DNA from: Candidatus Obscuribacterales bacterium
GTDB lineage: Bacteria > Cyanobacteriota > Vampirovibrionia > Obscuribacterales > Obscuribacteraceae
DNA: 64,000 nucleotides
Reading direction: 5' to 3'
Assembly (NCBI GenBank): GCA_965228855.1
Contig: CBDDIJ010000003.1
Coordinates: forward strand, 1,664,001 to 1,728,000
The stretch's first letter is position 1; each line of letters starts with the position of its first letter. Position numbers and translations under genes: made by a program. The notes beneath the pieces were generated by a model. It made no database searches. It was not told the origin of the DNA and saw only the letters and a list, made by a program, of their open reading frames with translations. Positions 39,315-50,282 of this stretch are shown here, piece after piece.

Positions 39315-39817
39315 TCGAAAGTTTCACTGAAAAACTTCCCGGCGAAGACGAACTACATGATACGCACACATGTGTCTCTCTAACCAGCGCTTGCATAATT
39401 TGCGTTTATGTCCCGCATTAATAAGGCGACGTCATCTCCAGATGTTGCGGTTGTGCAGATTGATTCGAGTCTAGTGGAGGAGAACCCTGAGGGCGGTTAT
39501 CGAAAACAGGTGGGAAGTGACTTTCTGAAGAGTCTGTTTTGGATGCGTTTTCCGACGGCTTCGGATTATCGTTAACCGATTGTTCCGGAGCCAACTTTGA
39601 CTTGGCAATCTGCTCGTCCAGCAGTTCTGACCGATGTCCATGCTCTGTTGAGGAAGTTGAACTTCGGAACCGACTCCCTCTGACCCAACTCCAAGCGGAG
39701 GACTTTGATCTTTTGATTTAGGCTCTGGCTTCTGCTCATCAGGCTTTGGTTGAGATGGTTTTACGGTGGTAAGCTGTCTCAGATAATCGAAAGTTTCACG
39801 GAAAAGTTTTCCGGCGA
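39310..39817. repeat. Dispersed 36-bp direct repeat (39310-39345, 39782-39817; 32/36 identical)
   Basis: GATAATCGAAAGTTTCAC.GAAAA..TT.CCGGCGA occurs twice, 472 bp apart. Confidence 0.8.
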
Positions 39818-39935
39818 TTCCCTCTTCGCCTTCGTGGCGACGATCTTCAACATTCGACGAAAGTCGGTCGGATTCTGTGTAGCGCATAGTAACGTTCCTT
39901 TCAAAGGAGACGATAACAGCATAAAATCGCGACAT
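39471..39935 (-). CDS. Hypothetical protein, possibly frameshifted
   Basis: MRYTESDRLSSNVEDRR N-terminus; composition changes after about 39630, where an alternative frame (ELLDEQIAKSK...) looks more protein-like. Confidence 0.45.
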   Translation of the reverse strand: MSRFYAVIVSFERNVTMRYTESDRLSSNVEDRRHEGEEGIAGKLFRETFDYLRQLTTVKPSQPKPDEQKPEPKSKDQSPPLGVGSEGVGSEVQLPQQSMDIGQNCWTSRLPSQSWLRNNRLTIIRSRRKTHPKQTLQKVTSHLFSITALRVLLH

Positions 39936-39997
39936 CAGGATTACGTGACAAGCATAATGACACGCTTCGACTGGGGTTCCGTAGCTTTAAGTTAGGG

Positions 39998-40771
39998 TTA
40001 AGCGATAGTTTTGATAATCAGCGTGGTGCCATACAATGCATCTTGCTCTGATGGAGAGATGACGATAACCACGCTGTTATTCGATAGAACACCAGTATTC
40101 ACGCGAGCGTCTTGAGAGAACGAGAGACCGGGCTGACTGAAAATTCTCAGAATCACCTGCTGTAACTGTTCATCGCTCTCGAAGGAAACATCGGTACTCT
40201 CGAAACCTGTGTGACTGCGAAGTACATGCACCTGCCGAGGTCCGTAAACATAGATATCTTTGACCGACGGGTCTCGAAGGAGCGGACCAAGCGGACCAAA
40301 ACCAAAGATTTCGTCAAGTATTTTCTGTAGAAGAAAACCTCGCTCCATCATCGTGAGCGGCGAGTCATCGTTGTTTACGATTTCCCTGATAAATTGTCGA
40401 GTTTCAATTTCATCAAGATTTAGGTGATCGCTCTGCCGAATTTTAGCTAGGAGAACCTTCGCTCGCTCATTAATCGAATCAAAGTTAACGGAACAATTTT
40501 GAACCGGCTTAGGCTGCCTGAGCACACGGGGTTTGGGGAAATTCGATTCCGTTGTTCTCGACGATTCTTCGGGTAACTCTGACTGACAATAGCGGCAGCG
40601 AGTTGCCTCCTTTCTCACCATTTCAGCGCAGCCAGGGCACGCCCGGAAATATACAGAAGAAAGTCCGTGTTGACAGAAACGGCAAAGGATCGCGTCAGTC
40701 TCAATTATCTCAGCGCAATTCGGGCAGCGATTTGACTCCGGTTGGAAGGCTAGAGTGGGCATATGCATCAC
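39998..40771 (-). CDS. Double zinc ribbon fused to a CpaF/VirB11-type N-terminal domain (no ATPase domain)
   Basis: CPNCAE..CRFC and CPGCAE..CRYC; DEIFGFGPLGPLLRDPSVKDIYV; no Walker A. Confidence 0.75.
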   Translation of the reverse strand: MMHMPTLAFQPESNRCPNCAEIIETDAILCRFCQHGLSSVYFRACPGCAEMVRKEATRCRYCQSELPEESSRTTESNFPKPRVLRQPKPVQNCSVNFDSINERAKVLLAKIRQSDHLNLDEIETRQFIREIVNNDDSPLTMMERGFLLQKILDEIFGFGPLGPLLRDPSVKDIYVYGPRQVHVLRSHTGFESTDVSFESDEQLQQVILRIFSQPGLSFSQDARVNTGVLSNNSVVIVISPSEQDALYGTTLIIKTIA

Positions 40772-41050
40772 CTCTCGACATAGTAAACATTATAGCCTGC
40801 TCAACGCCAGTCCAGCGCCCCTCCTGAATCAGCCTACTATGAGGTCGTCGAGATCGTCGACTGTTTGTTTAACACTAACCTCAAGCGTGGGCTGTTTATC
40901 AACATCAAATGCGGTAGCCTCGCTGCCATCTGCGACAACGAGTTCGGGGGACTTTTCCTTAAGTTCGTTGCTCTCCATACCGGATATATTCCCCAAATGC
41001 CGATCGGGGAACCAACGCATCCAGTATCAATAGAGATGAACCAGGAACGA

Positions 41051-41719
41051 CTAAAGCGTTGCAACTCCAGCCGTTAGTAGTTGTCTTTGGGCAACCACAT
41101 TCTCTACTTCAGAAACTGGGAGGAACTGTCCTTCTTCAAGACTGTAGCTGAACACTTCGCCGGTCTGGATCTTGTAGGTCCAACCGTGAATGTGGACATT
41201 GCCACTGAGCAGACGAGATGCCACCATGGGCAGTGTCCTCAAATTCTCGATCTGCGCGAGCACATTCTCCTGGATCGCAACATTGAGTTTCTCTTCTTCA
41301 TCGAGGTCCGAGTAATTATCTTCGATAATCTGTCTGGTAGCTTCCGCGTGGCTTAGCCAGCTTCTAACGGAGGGAAGCTTATTCAGACTTGATGGATTGA
41401 GAAGCGCCTTAATCGCACCACAAGCTGAGTGACCACAGATGATGAGATCCCTCACGCCAAGTACAGCAACCGCAAATTCGATTGTCGCAGCTTCACCACC
41501 GCCACACCCATGAGCTGGAATGATGTTTCCGGCGTTGCGCAAGATAAACAGATCTCCGGGTTCCGTATTCGTGAGCAGATTAGGATTGATACGTGAATCC
41601 GAGCAGGTTATGAATAAGGCATCTGGATTCTGACCCGTCGCCAGGCGCTCAAACAGTTCTTTCCGTGACTCGAACATATTTGACTGGAAGTGATGTAGTC
41701 CCGAGATCAGTTTTCTCAT
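41051..41719 (-). CDS. cynT: Beta-class carbonic anhydrase
   Basis: ITCSDSR, RNAGN, HSACGA zinc ligands. Confidence 0.92.
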   Translation of the reverse strand: MRKLISGLHHFQSNMFESRKELFERLATGQNPDALFITCSDSRINPNLLTNTEPGDLFILRNAGNIIPAHGCGGGEAATIEFAVAVLGVRDLIICGHSACGAIKALLNPSSLNKLPSVRSWLSHAEATRQIIEDNYSDLDEEEKLNVAIQENVLAQIENLRTLPMVASRLLSGNVHIHGWTYKIQTGEVFSYSLEEGQFLPVSEVENVVAQRQLLTAGVATL

Positions 41720-41927
41720 TTTCGCTCCTCTTCAATTCCACAGCTTGCACGCAGGCACAATGCTGCGGAATCAGGCATCCTTAGCCCTTCCGATATCAAC
41801 AAGGATCATACACGATTCTTCCGAAGAGTGATTGTACTCCGCAGCCTGAGAGAGCCAGAGGCGATCCTATTTATATGGCTGTTCAAACGAAATCAGAAAC
41901 TGAGCGCAACACTGGACAACAACCAGG

Positions 41928-42719
41928 TTAAGCGAGCTCTAGCCCAACTTTATGAGGGGCACCGGTGACAGCGCTCAATTTCTTGACAAACGCACGCGTT
42001 CTTTCTCTGCTGCTCGAACTTTCATCGATGCACTTCGTGACTTTGTACTTCCTCTCACGGGTCGTGAAGCAAACAGAGAAAATTCCGTTTTCAATGTATG
42101 TTATTTGCGAGAGAGGAATTTCTTCTGTTCCGAGTAACGAACGGATCAAAAGCTTGCTTGAATCTATCGAAGCACTGTAGGGCATTAACAGAGTTACGCC
42201 CATATAAATCCACAAGCCCGCGCAGATAAACATTCCGAAGACGGTTTTGACGTAATGACCATTGACTTGTGCTTCGCCTAAAGTCGAATAAAGGAAAGGC
42301 ACAACGCCTGCAAGTACTATCCAGAGACAGCACAGTGCCAACACTTTAAAAGTTGACGGACCCATCTGAGAGTCTGTTTTTTCACGTTCGCGTGGAGAGC
42401 AAGAAGCTAGATGAGCATCTCTTATACCAGTCGAGACCCAGGCGACCACTGCAATTACTAACGATGAGACGGCCACAATGCCAACCACACCTAGAAGACC
42501 CTGCGCCTGGTCGATCGTGCCCAACGCTGGCGATGCCAGGCAGAGCAAGACTGCAAGCATTAGCTTAAAACCACCCGAGAGCGCGAACAACACAGGGTTC
42601 TTCTTGAACAAGGTAGTTCCAGTACGATCGCGGATCTCGCCATTCCAAGCCTCATGAAGAGCAAACATCAATAACAAATAGCCAAAACCGTGAACCACGA
42701 TCATGTTATCGAATTTCAT
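41928..42719 (-). CDS. Hypothetical multi-pass membrane protein
   Basis: About five hydrophobic segments; GGAGG RBS. Confidence 0.7.
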   Translation of the reverse strand: MKFDNMIVVHGFGYLLLMFALHEAWNGEIRDRTGTTLFKKNPVLFALSGGFKLMLAVLLCLASPALGTIDQAQGLLGVVGIVAVSSLVIAVVAWVSTGIRDAHLASCSPREREKTDSQMGPSTFKVLALCCLWIVLAGVVPFLYSTLGEAQVNGHYVKTVFGMFICAGLWIYMGVTLLMPYSASIDSSKLLIRSLLGTEEIPLSQITYIENGIFSVCFTTRERKYKVTKCIDESSSSRERTRAFVKKLSAVTGAPHKVGLELA

Positions 42720-42892
42720 GTAGAAACCTCCCTCGAGCCGGCACCGGCAGGAGTAGCGGAAGAGTAAATAAAAGCGCAGACGCGAAGCCTTTCAATGATT
42801 ATATTGCCTCGCTTGACAAACTGTTTCAGTTCTTTAGCTCGGATTAATAATTAGGCTAACGCGCCACAGGCTACTCTTTGGACGCCAGAACT

Positions 42893-42917
42893 GCTGGGAA
42901 CTCACCGCTGGGAACTC
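42893..42917. promoter_or_regulatory. 11-bp direct repeat GCTGGGAACTC x2 in the divergent region upstream of pckG
   Basis: Copies at 42893-42903 and 42907-42917; a regulatory role is unproven. Confidence 0.35.
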
Positions 42918-43202
42918 TTCACCAGCAAAAACAGACTCCTTTGTTTGAACTGCACCAGATGCGGTGATACAGAGTGACCCAAAACGCTTAACTTACAGAA
43001 GTGTTTCACAGCAACCAGAAGATTTGCCACTAAATACGGTATCAATCGCTGACTTCGGCAATCCATTCCTTTCACCTCGATCCGGCAAAACCGTTTTCCG
43101 CATTGGGGAAACTATCGTTCAGTTCTTGAAGAAAGTCTTGCAAATCACGGCTAACCGAGATAAGCGTTGTAAGATCTGGACCTCTAATATAGGAGCAGGA
43201 CC

Positions 43203-45062
43203 ATGACACCAGTCGACTCGGTTAGCAAGAAATTCGCCCCCGTGGAATCCAGTTACCCCATCGATAACCTCAAGTTGCTTGAGTGGGTTACCGAGGCTGC
43301 GGCACTCTGCCAACCTGATCGCGTTTACTGGTGTGACGGTAGCGACGAAGAATACAACCGCCTTTGCCAGGAAATGGTTGATGCTGGCACTTTTATCCGT
43401 TTAAACCCAGAAAAGCGCCCCAACAGCTATCTGGCTCGCTCTGCGCCTTCCGACGTCGCTCGTGTTGAGGACCGCACATTTGTCTGCACGAAAAACAAAG
43501 AAGACTCCGGTCCGAACAACAACTGGATGGAGCCGGAAACCGCCAAAATCATTTTGAAGGACTTCTTCAAAGGCTCGATGCGCGGTCGCACAATGTACGT
43601 AGTGCCGTTCAGCATGGGACCGCTGGGCTCGCCGCTCGCTCAAATCGGCGTTGAGATCACCGACTCGCCGTATGTTGTTGTCAACATGAAACACATGACG
43701 CGCATGGGCAAGAAGGTTGTTGAAATCTTGGGTAGCGACGGCGCGTTCGTCCCTTGCATGCACAGCGTCGGACATCCACTGGACCCGGGCGAGAAAGACG
43801 ATGCCTGGCCGTGTAATCCGGAGCACAAATACATCTGCCACTTCCCGGAAACAAAAGAGATCTGGTCCTATGGCTCCGGATACGGCGGCAATGCGCTTCT
43901 CGGCAAGAAATGTCTGGCTTTGAGAATTGCCTCCTCGCTCGGAAGAAAAGAAGGATGGCTCGCAGAGCACATGCTCATTCTTGGAGTGAAATCACCTACC
44001 GGCGAAAAATGTTACGTAGCCGCAGCCTTCCCGAGCGCTTGCGGGAAGACGAACTTCGCGATGCTTATACCGCCAAACAGTTTTAAAGGATGGGAAGTCA
44101 CCACCGTCGGTGATGATATTGCCTGGATCAGACCTGGCAAAGATGGCAAGTTCTATGCCATCAACCCTGAAGCTGGTTTCTTCGGCGTGGCGCCTGGCAC
44201 ATCAGCGAAAACCAATCCGAATGCAATCAAAACACTCGACAAAAATTGCATCTTCACGAACGTCGCGCTCACGCCTGACGGTGACGTCTGGTGGGAAGGT
44301 CTGACAGACCAGGCGCCGTCAGAGTTGATCGATTGGCAAGGACGAAACTGGACTCCGGACTGCGGTCGCAAAGCGGCGCACCCGAACAGCCGATTCACAG
44401 TCCCCATCGACCAGTGCCCATCGCTTGACGATCAGTGGGACAACCTGGAAGGAGTGCCGATCAGCGCCTTCGTATTCGGCGGACGCCGTCCGTCTGTCAT
44501 TCCGCTGGCGTTCCAATCAATCAACTGGGACTTCGGCGTGTACATGGCCGCGACAATGGGTTCGGAAACGACCGCTGCTGCAGTCGGCAAAGTCGGCGAA
44601 GTGAGACGCGACCCGATGGCGATGCTGCCCTTCTGCGGCTATCACATGGGCGATTACTTCGACCACTGGCTGCGAATGGGACATATGGTTCAAAACCCAC
44701 CGCGCGTTTTCTGCGTAAATTGGTTCCGCACCGATCACGATGGCAAGATTATTTGGCCAGGATTCGGCGAGAACATGCGCGTTCTCAAGTGGATCTCAGA
44801 TCGCGTACACGGCAAAGCGGGAGCAGCACAGACGTTCCTCGGCTTCATGCCACGCCACAAAGACATCGACTGGACCGGAATCAAAGATTTCAATGCAGAG
44901 CAATTCGACGTGCTGATGCACATCGACAAAGAACTTTGGCATCGAGAGCTTGAATCTCACGACGAACTGTTCAATCGCTTGAAAGAAAGAATGCCAAGAG
45001 AATTGATGTTGATTAGAGAGATGCTCAATTTGAGTCTCGTTCGCGACATGAGTGACCAGTAG
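43203..45062 (+). CDS. pckG: Phosphoenolpyruvate carboxykinase (GTP)
   Basis: [41 protein letters not shown]. Confidence 0.97.
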   Translation: MTPVDSVSKKFAPVESSYPIDNLKLLEWVTEAAALCQPDRVYWCDGSDEEYNRLCQEMVDAGTFIRLNPEKRPNSYLARSAPSDVARVEDRTFVCTKNKEDSGPNNNWMEPETAKIILKDFFKGSMRGRTMYVVPFSMGPLGSPLAQIGVEITDSPYVVVNMKHMTRMGKKVVEILGSDGAFVPCMHSVGHPLDPGEKDDAWPCNPEHKYICHFPETKEIWSYGSGYGGNALLGKKCLALRIASSLGRKEGWLAEHMLILGVKSPTGEKCYVAAAFPSACGKTNFAMLIPPNSFKGWEVTTVGDDIAWIRPGKDGKFYAINPEAGFFGVAPGTSAKTNPNAIKTLDKNCIFTNVALTPDGDVWWEGLTDQAPSELIDWQGRNWTPDCGRKAAHPNSRFTVPIDQCPSLDDQWDNLEGVPISAFVFGGRRPSVIPLAFQSINWDFGVYMAATMGSETTAAAVGKVGEVRRDPMAMLPFCGYHMGDYFDHWLRMGHMVQNPPRVFCVNWFRTDHDGKIIWPGFGENMRVLKWISDRVHGKAGAAQTFLGFMPRHKDIDWTGIKDFNAEQFDVLMHIDKELWHRELESHDELFNRLKERMPRELMLIREMLNLSLVRDMSDQ

Positions 45063-45321
45063 GCATCTCAAATTGAATCGCTCAGACCTCATTACCGGCT
45101 CAATCACGCGGCTTGCAACTGGCACCTGCACCACGAGTGGTGTCAAAGCGCAATGCCGCGTGATGAGGGTTCGGCGACAGAATGACAATTACGTCCGAAA
45201 TCTTCTGTTGAGAGAGTCACGCGATACGTTTTCATATGGAACTATTTTCGCAACTAGCAGCTATACTTTTGACGAAGTATCGATGCCGTGAAGTATTTGG
45301 CGTCATTTGGAGGGACTGAGT

Positions 45322-46623
45322 GTGTCTAACGAAACACTGACGATTACTGACAATCGTACCGGACGAAAGTACGATATTCCGATTACTGACAACACTATCC
45401 GAGCGAATGACCTCAGACAAATAAAAACCGCCGACGACGATTTCGGTTTAATGACCTACGATCCGTCCTTCATGAGCACTGCTGCGTGCCGCAGCTCCAT
45501 CACCTATATTGACGGCGACCGAGGAATTCTCCGCTATCGAGGTTATCCAATCGAGCAACTGGCTGAAAAGTCGACTTTCCTCGAAGTTGCTTATCTGCTC
45601 AACAACGGCGAGTTGCCGGACCAGGACCAGCTCAAAGAGTGGGCTGATGTGATCAAGTACCACACCTATGTGCATACGAACATCACAAAGTTTCTCGAAG
45701 GTTTCCGATACGACGCTCACCCGATGGGCATGTTGCTCGGTGCTGTCAGCGCCCTTTCGACGTTCTACCCGGACGCGAAGAATATAACCGATCCGGAAAA
45801 TCGCTATCTGCAACGCGTGCGTCTCCTCGCCAAAGCTCCCACAATTGCAGCCTTTGCGTTCCGCCATTCACGCGGACTTCCGTTCGTGTTCCCGGACAAC
45901 GATCTTGACTACGTCGGCAATTTCGTAAACATGACATTCAGCATCGGCGGCCAACACAAACCCAATAAGGTATTGCAGCGCGCCCTCGAAACTCTTCTCA
46001 TCTTGCATGCCGACCATGAGCAGAATTGCTCAACAAGCGCGGTTCGCGGCGTAGGTTCTTCACGCGTAGATCTGTTCTCCGCTGTTTCAGCCGGCATTGC
46101 CGCCCTCTATGGGCCTTTACACGGCGGAGCAAACGAAGCAGTAATCAAAATGCTCGATGAAATTGGCTCGAAGAAAAACATTCCAGACTTCATCAAAGAT
46201 GTTAAGGATGGGAAGAGACGCCTCATGGGCTTCGGACATAGAGTCTACAAATCGTACGACCCCAGAGCGAAATTGATCAAACAAGTTGCATACGAAGTGT
46301 TCGATCAAACCGGTCTCAATCCGAAGTTGGAAATTGCACTCGAGTTGGAAAAAATTGCGCTTGAAGATGACTACTTCATCTCACGCAAACTTTATCCGAA
46401 CGTCGATTTCTACTCGGGATTGATCTATCAAGCGATGGGATATCCGACCGATTACTTTACAGTGCTGTTCGCTCTGGGCCGCATGCCAGGCTGGTTAGCG
46501 CAATGGGAAGAGATGGTGCTCGACGAGAGCCAGAAGATTGCGCGCCCCAGACAGATCTACACAGGTCCGGAAGAGCGCCCATATGTTCCGATGGAAAAGC
46601 GCAAACCCGCTGTGACCGCGTAA
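45322..46623 (+). CDS. gltA: Citrate synthase
   Basis: HADHEQN, GPLHGGANEA, GFGHRVY, YPNVDFYSG; GTG 45322 after GGAGGG. Confidence 0.97.
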   Translation: MSNETLTITDNRTGRKYDIPITDNTIRANDLRQIKTADDDFGLMTYDPSFMSTAACRSSITYIDGDRGILRYRGYPIEQLAEKSTFLEVAYLLNNGELPDQDQLKEWADVIKYHTYVHTNITKFLEGFRYDAHPMGMLLGAVSALSTFYPDAKNITDPENRYLQRVRLLAKAPTIAAFAFRHSRGLPFVFPDNDLDYVGNFVNMTFSIGGQHKPNKVLQRALETLLILHADHEQNCSTSAVRGVGSSRVDLFSAVSAGIAALYGPLHGGANEAVIKMLDEIGSKKNIPDFIKDVKDGKRRLMGFGHRVYKSYDPRAKLIKQVAYEVFDQTGLNPKLEIALELEKIALEDDYFISRKLYPNVDFYSGLIYQAMGYPTDYFTVLFALGRMPGWLAQWEEMVLDESQKIARPRQIYTGPEERPYVPMEKRKPAVTA

Positions 46624-46891
46624 CTCTCGCTCGTTCTGACAACTGCAAAGGCGAAAAGATCATCCGTTGAGTTGATTTTTGGCTGGCTCGCGAAATCGAG
46701 AGCCAGCTGAACGTTTGTCGCATTCCTCCAGATACAAATCATCCGAAAGGATGAGAAAAACAATCCTATCGGTCGAGATATTTATTAGCCGTACATAGCA
46801 ACATTTACCGAGTCTTCTTTATATGGAGAAGTCCGTACGCACACGAATGGAAAGTTGGCTTTCCATCAAATCTGTGGGGGATCTAACGGCA

Positions 46892-48082
46892 ATGCCTGAC
46901 ACAAAAACTAAATCGAACTCCCGAAATTCCGTCAGCAAAGAGCGGCAGAAAGCACCATCTGCAATACCAGTAGATGCAGCCACAGATGCGAAGCATTTAC
47001 AAGAAATTCCAATTTTGGGTTTTGATTACATCGAGTTTTATGTAGGTAATGCCAAGCAAGCCAGATACTATTACGAGCGTGGATTAGGTTTTGAAGTTGT
47101 TGGATATCGAGGTTTGGAGACCGGTGATCGCAGTCTCACGTCTTACGCTTTGCAGCAGAACAACGTCAAAATCGTCCTCACAAGCTCACTTAGCCCGAAC
47201 CATGAGGTAGCGGAACACGTTAAGCGTCACGGAGATGGTGTTCGATCAATTGGTTTCACAGTTGCGAACGTTGTGGAGTGTTATGAACAGGCATGCGCGC
47301 GCGGCGCTCAATCGGTACAGCCACCGATTTCAGAGACGGATAAGTTTGGAACGTTTGTCTCCGCTTCTGTAAAAACCTATGGAGAAACCATTCATACATT
47401 TATCGATAGGAAAAACTATGGCGCAATGATTCGACCAGGCTACCAGCCGGTCAACTCGTGGGCTGGCGGCGTCGGCTTCGGAAATATCGATCACGTAGTC
47501 GGCAACGTCGAGAAAGACAAAATGATGGACTGGGTTTCTTTCTACGAAAGGATTTTCGGCTTCCACGTATTCCAGGGATTCAACGCGTCTGATATCAACA
47601 CGCAATATTCGGCGCTGACATCACGGGTGATGGCAAATAAAGCAGGCACGATTAAAATGCCCATCAACGAGCCCGCTAGCGGTGAGCGCAAATCGCAGAT
47701 TCAAGAGTATCTCGATTTTTATGAGGCACCCGGAGTCCAACACATCGCGGTCACCACGAATAACATAATTGCAACAGTGACAGAACTTCGCAAACGCGGA
47801 ATAGAATTTCTTTCAGTGCCGCAAGCTTATTACGACACATTGACAGAGCGAGTCGGAACCATCGACGAAGATATCGATGCGCTGGCTAAACTCGGCATCC
47901 TCGTGGACCGAGAATCATCCGGCTATCTCTTGCAGATCTTCACTAAGCCAGTGGAAGATCGACCTACTCTGTTCTTCGAGATCATCCAGCGAAAAAGCGG
48001 CGCGTCCGGTTTTGGTCGCGGAAACTTCATGTCACTGTTCGAGTCGCTTGAACGCGAACAAGATCTGCGAGGAAATCTCTAA
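46892..48082 (+). CDS. hppD: 4-hydroxyphenylpyruvate dioxygenase
   Basis: HGDGV, IDHVVGN, GVQHIA, LLQIFT, FFEIIQR, GFGRGNF; ATG 46892 preferred. Confidence 0.96.
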   Translation: MPDTKTKSNSRNSVSKERQKAPSAIPVDAATDAKHLQEIPILGFDYIEFYVGNAKQARYYYERGLGFEVVGYRGLETGDRSLTSYALQQNNVKIVLTSSLSPNHEVAEHVKRHGDGVRSIGFTVANVVECYEQACARGAQSVQPPISETDKFGTFVSASVKTYGETIHTFIDRKNYGAMIRPGYQPVNSWAGGVGFGNIDHVVGNVEKDKMMDWVSFYERIFGFHVFQGFNASDINTQYSALTSRVMANKAGTIKMPINEPASGERKSQIQEYLDFYEAPGVQHIAVTTNNIIATVTELRKRGIEFLSVPQAYYDTLTERVGTIDEDIDALAKLGILVDRESSGYLLQIFTKPVEDRPTLFFEIIQRKSGASGFGRGNFMSLFESLEREQDLRGNL

Positions 48083-49275
48083 TGCCAATTTATCAACGCT
48101 CCGGCAATGTCCCGGCGAAGAGACACGTTCAATTCAGAAATGGCACCGGCAAACTCTATCAGGAGGAAGTGTTCGGCAGTCGCGGTTTCGATGGTCGATA
48201 CTCGATTCTCTACCATCTTTATCCTCCGACGGAAGTCCGAGAGCTCGAAGTGCTGAAGGCCAACGAACAGCCCAAACTCGTGCCTTCATCCGAAGGTTTT
48301 CGCCACCGTCACTTGCGACTTGGAGATGCCACTACATTTGGTGACGCAGTTTCAGGTCGCAGGGTTTGCCTCGTAAACAGCGATGTTTCAATCGGCATTT
48401 GCGCGCCGGAAGACGACATGGAATATTTCTATTGCAACGGCAATAGTGATGAACTTATCTTCGTGCAAGAAGGCGCAGGTGTTTTGCACACGCAGTTCGG
48501 CAATCTGCCCTACAGAGAGGGCGATTATATCGTCGTCCCCAAAGGCACCATTTATAAGATGACGAGTGCAACACCAAAAGCAGATCTGTTCCTGGTGATT
48601 GAAACACCGGGTAATCTGGAGCTTCCCCGACGCTATCTCAACGAGTATGGTCAACTGCTTGAACACTCGCCCTTCTACTCGCGCGATCTATTGATTCCCG
48701 AAGCCACGACACCAGAGGATAAGCGGGGCGACTTCGAAGTGCGCGTGAAAACAAGAAGTCATCTCATGTCTTATCATCTCGGTCATCATCCATTCGACGT
48801 CGTCGGCTGGGATGGATATTTATATCCGTTCATTTTCAACATTTTTGATTTTGAGCCAATCACTGGTCGCATACATATGCCACCACCCGTGCACCAGACA
48901 TTCGCCGGACAAAACTTCGTCGTTTGCTCATTCGTTCCGCGGCTTGTAGACTACCATCCCGACGCAATCCCGGCACCCTACAATCATAGTAATTTGCAAA
49001 GCGACGAAGTGCTCTTCTACGTAAGCGGCAACTTTATGAGCAGGAAGGGAATCAATGAAGGTTCAATGACATTTCACCCTGCTGGTATACCGCACGGTCC
49101 GCAACCCGATGCAATGCAGGAAAGCATCGGTATGACCAGAACAACGGAAACAGCAGTGATGATCGATACTTTCCAGCCGCTGAATGTCACAATGGATGCT
49201 CTCGATTTCGACGATAAAAAATACTCGCTAAGTTGGGGCGCTACCAGTGATGTGCCCTCTAAAATGGGAGCTTAA
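48082..49275 (+). CDS. hmgA: Homogentisate 1,2-dioxygenase
   Basis: HPFDVVGWDG, PPPVHQTF, HSN, HPAGIPHGP; TAATG coupling to hppD. Confidence 0.93.
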   Translation: MPIYQRSGNVPAKRHVQFRNGTGKLYQEEVFGSRGFDGRYSILYHLYPPTEVRELEVLKANEQPKLVPSSEGFRHRHLRLGDATTFGDAVSGRRVCLVNSDVSIGICAPEDDMEYFYCNGNSDELIFVQEGAGVLHTQFGNLPYREGDYIVVPKGTIYKMTSATPKADLFLVIETPGNLELPRRYLNEYGQLLEHSPFYSRDLLIPEATTPEDKRGDFEVRVKTRSHLMSYHLGHHPFDVVGWDGYLYPFIFNIFDFEPITGRIHMPPPVHQTFAGQNFVVCSFVPRLVDYHPDAIPAPYNHSNLQSDEVLFYVSGNFMSRKGINEGSMTFHPAGIPHGPQPDAMQESIGMTRTTETAVMIDTFQPLNVTMDALDFDDKKYSLSWGATSDVPSKMGA

Positions 49276-49278
49276 GTA

Positions 49279-49311
49279 AAATCCGCACTCTCCCGAAGAA
49301 GGTGCGGATTT
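49279..49311. terminator. Bidirectional intrinsic terminator
   Basis: AAATCCGCAC...GTGCGGATTT inverted repeat between convergent hmgA and sigma genes. Confidence 0.75.
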
Positions 49312-49334
49312 AAACTTTGACTATTCGAAAAATC

Positions 49335-50282
49335 TTATGCTGCGAGGTAGTCTTCGAACTCCTCACGGCTAGCAGCTTTCTTCAGCTTACGCATCGCGAG
49401 GCAGGAAATCTTACCAACTTGGTCGCGCGTCAATCCGAGCGCTTCGGAGATTTCACGAAGGCTAGCTTCTTCGCCGTTATCCATGCCGAATCTCATTCTG
49501 ATCACTTTGCGTTCGCGCTCGTTCAAGCATGAAAGCAAGGTCGAGATTTGGGAGCTGAAGTACGGAGCGTCAGCTTGGTCGATTGGAGTGGTGGCGTCTT
49601 CATCGACGATAGTTTCGCCGAGTGAGCAACCATCATCTTCAGTCATCGAAACCTTTTGATCGAGTGACATGCAGGTTTGCGATGCATTCAATGCTTTTTC
49701 TATTTTCTCGACTGTTTCCTCGAGTTCCATCGCGATTTCTTCAACGGTTGCTTGTCTGCCCAATTTCACAGCCAGAGAGCTTCTTACGCGGCGGATCTTG
49801 GTCATTAATTCGTTTAAGTGAACGGGTAATCTGACGATGCGCGATTTATTCGAGAGCGCGCGAGTGATTGCCTCTCTCACCCACCATGCGGCGTAGGTAG
49901 AGAATCTGTGACCCATCTTGATATCGAATTTGTTGACTGCGGACATGAGCCCGATACTACCTTCTTGCATGAGGTCGCTGAGCGGAATGCCGCGGTCTTC
50001 GTACTTTTTCGCGATCGAAGCGACCAGTTTCATGTTAGCCATGGTCAGTTCGTTGCGGGCACGGAGGTCGCCCTTCTTGGCGCGGATGACCAGCTCTCTT
50101 TCTTCGTCCGCTGTGAGTGTTTTACCGGTGAACTCTTGGTTGCTGCCGGATTGACGTTTTGTAGAACGAATCTTGGTTACACGGTTGTCGCCATCTTGGT
50201 GACTACGGAATTGAACTACATTGTCAGATTCATCTTCGAAACTTTCCAGGTTATCTTCGAACATGTTGATTAGCGCTGACAT
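49335..50282 (-). CDS. Sigma-70 family factor (RpoD/RpoS-like, alternative)
   Basis: ANMKLVASIAKKY, DLMQEG, FSTYAAWW, RLPVH, region-4 HTH; lacks region 1.1; ATG 50282 after AGGAGAGG. Confidence 0.92.
   Translation of the reverse strand: MSALINMFEDNLESFEDESDNVVQFRSHQDGDNRVTKIRSTKRQSGSNQEFTGKTLTADEERELVIRAKKGDLRARNELTMANMKLVASIAKKYEDRGIPLSDLMQEGSIGLMSAVNKFDIKMGHRFSTYAAWWVREAITRALSNKSRIVRLPVHLNELMTKIRRVRSSLAVKLGRQATVEEIAMELEETVEKIEKALNASQTCMSLDQKVSMTEDDGCSLGETIVDEDATTPIDQADAPYFSSQISTLLSCLNERERKVIRMRFGMDNGEEASLREISEALGLTRDQVGKISCLAMRKLKKAASREEFEDYLAA

Noticed and set aside
39310..39817. 36-bp repeat pair as CRISPR repeats or a DGR TR/VR pair
   Set aside because: Only two copies 472 bp apart; mismatches are not adenine-specific; no reverse transcriptase or cas gene in the window
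40829..40978. 49-aa acidic ORF between carbonic anhydrase and the zinc-ribbon gene
   Set aside because: Plausible, but too little evidence (no motif, no clear RBS) to call
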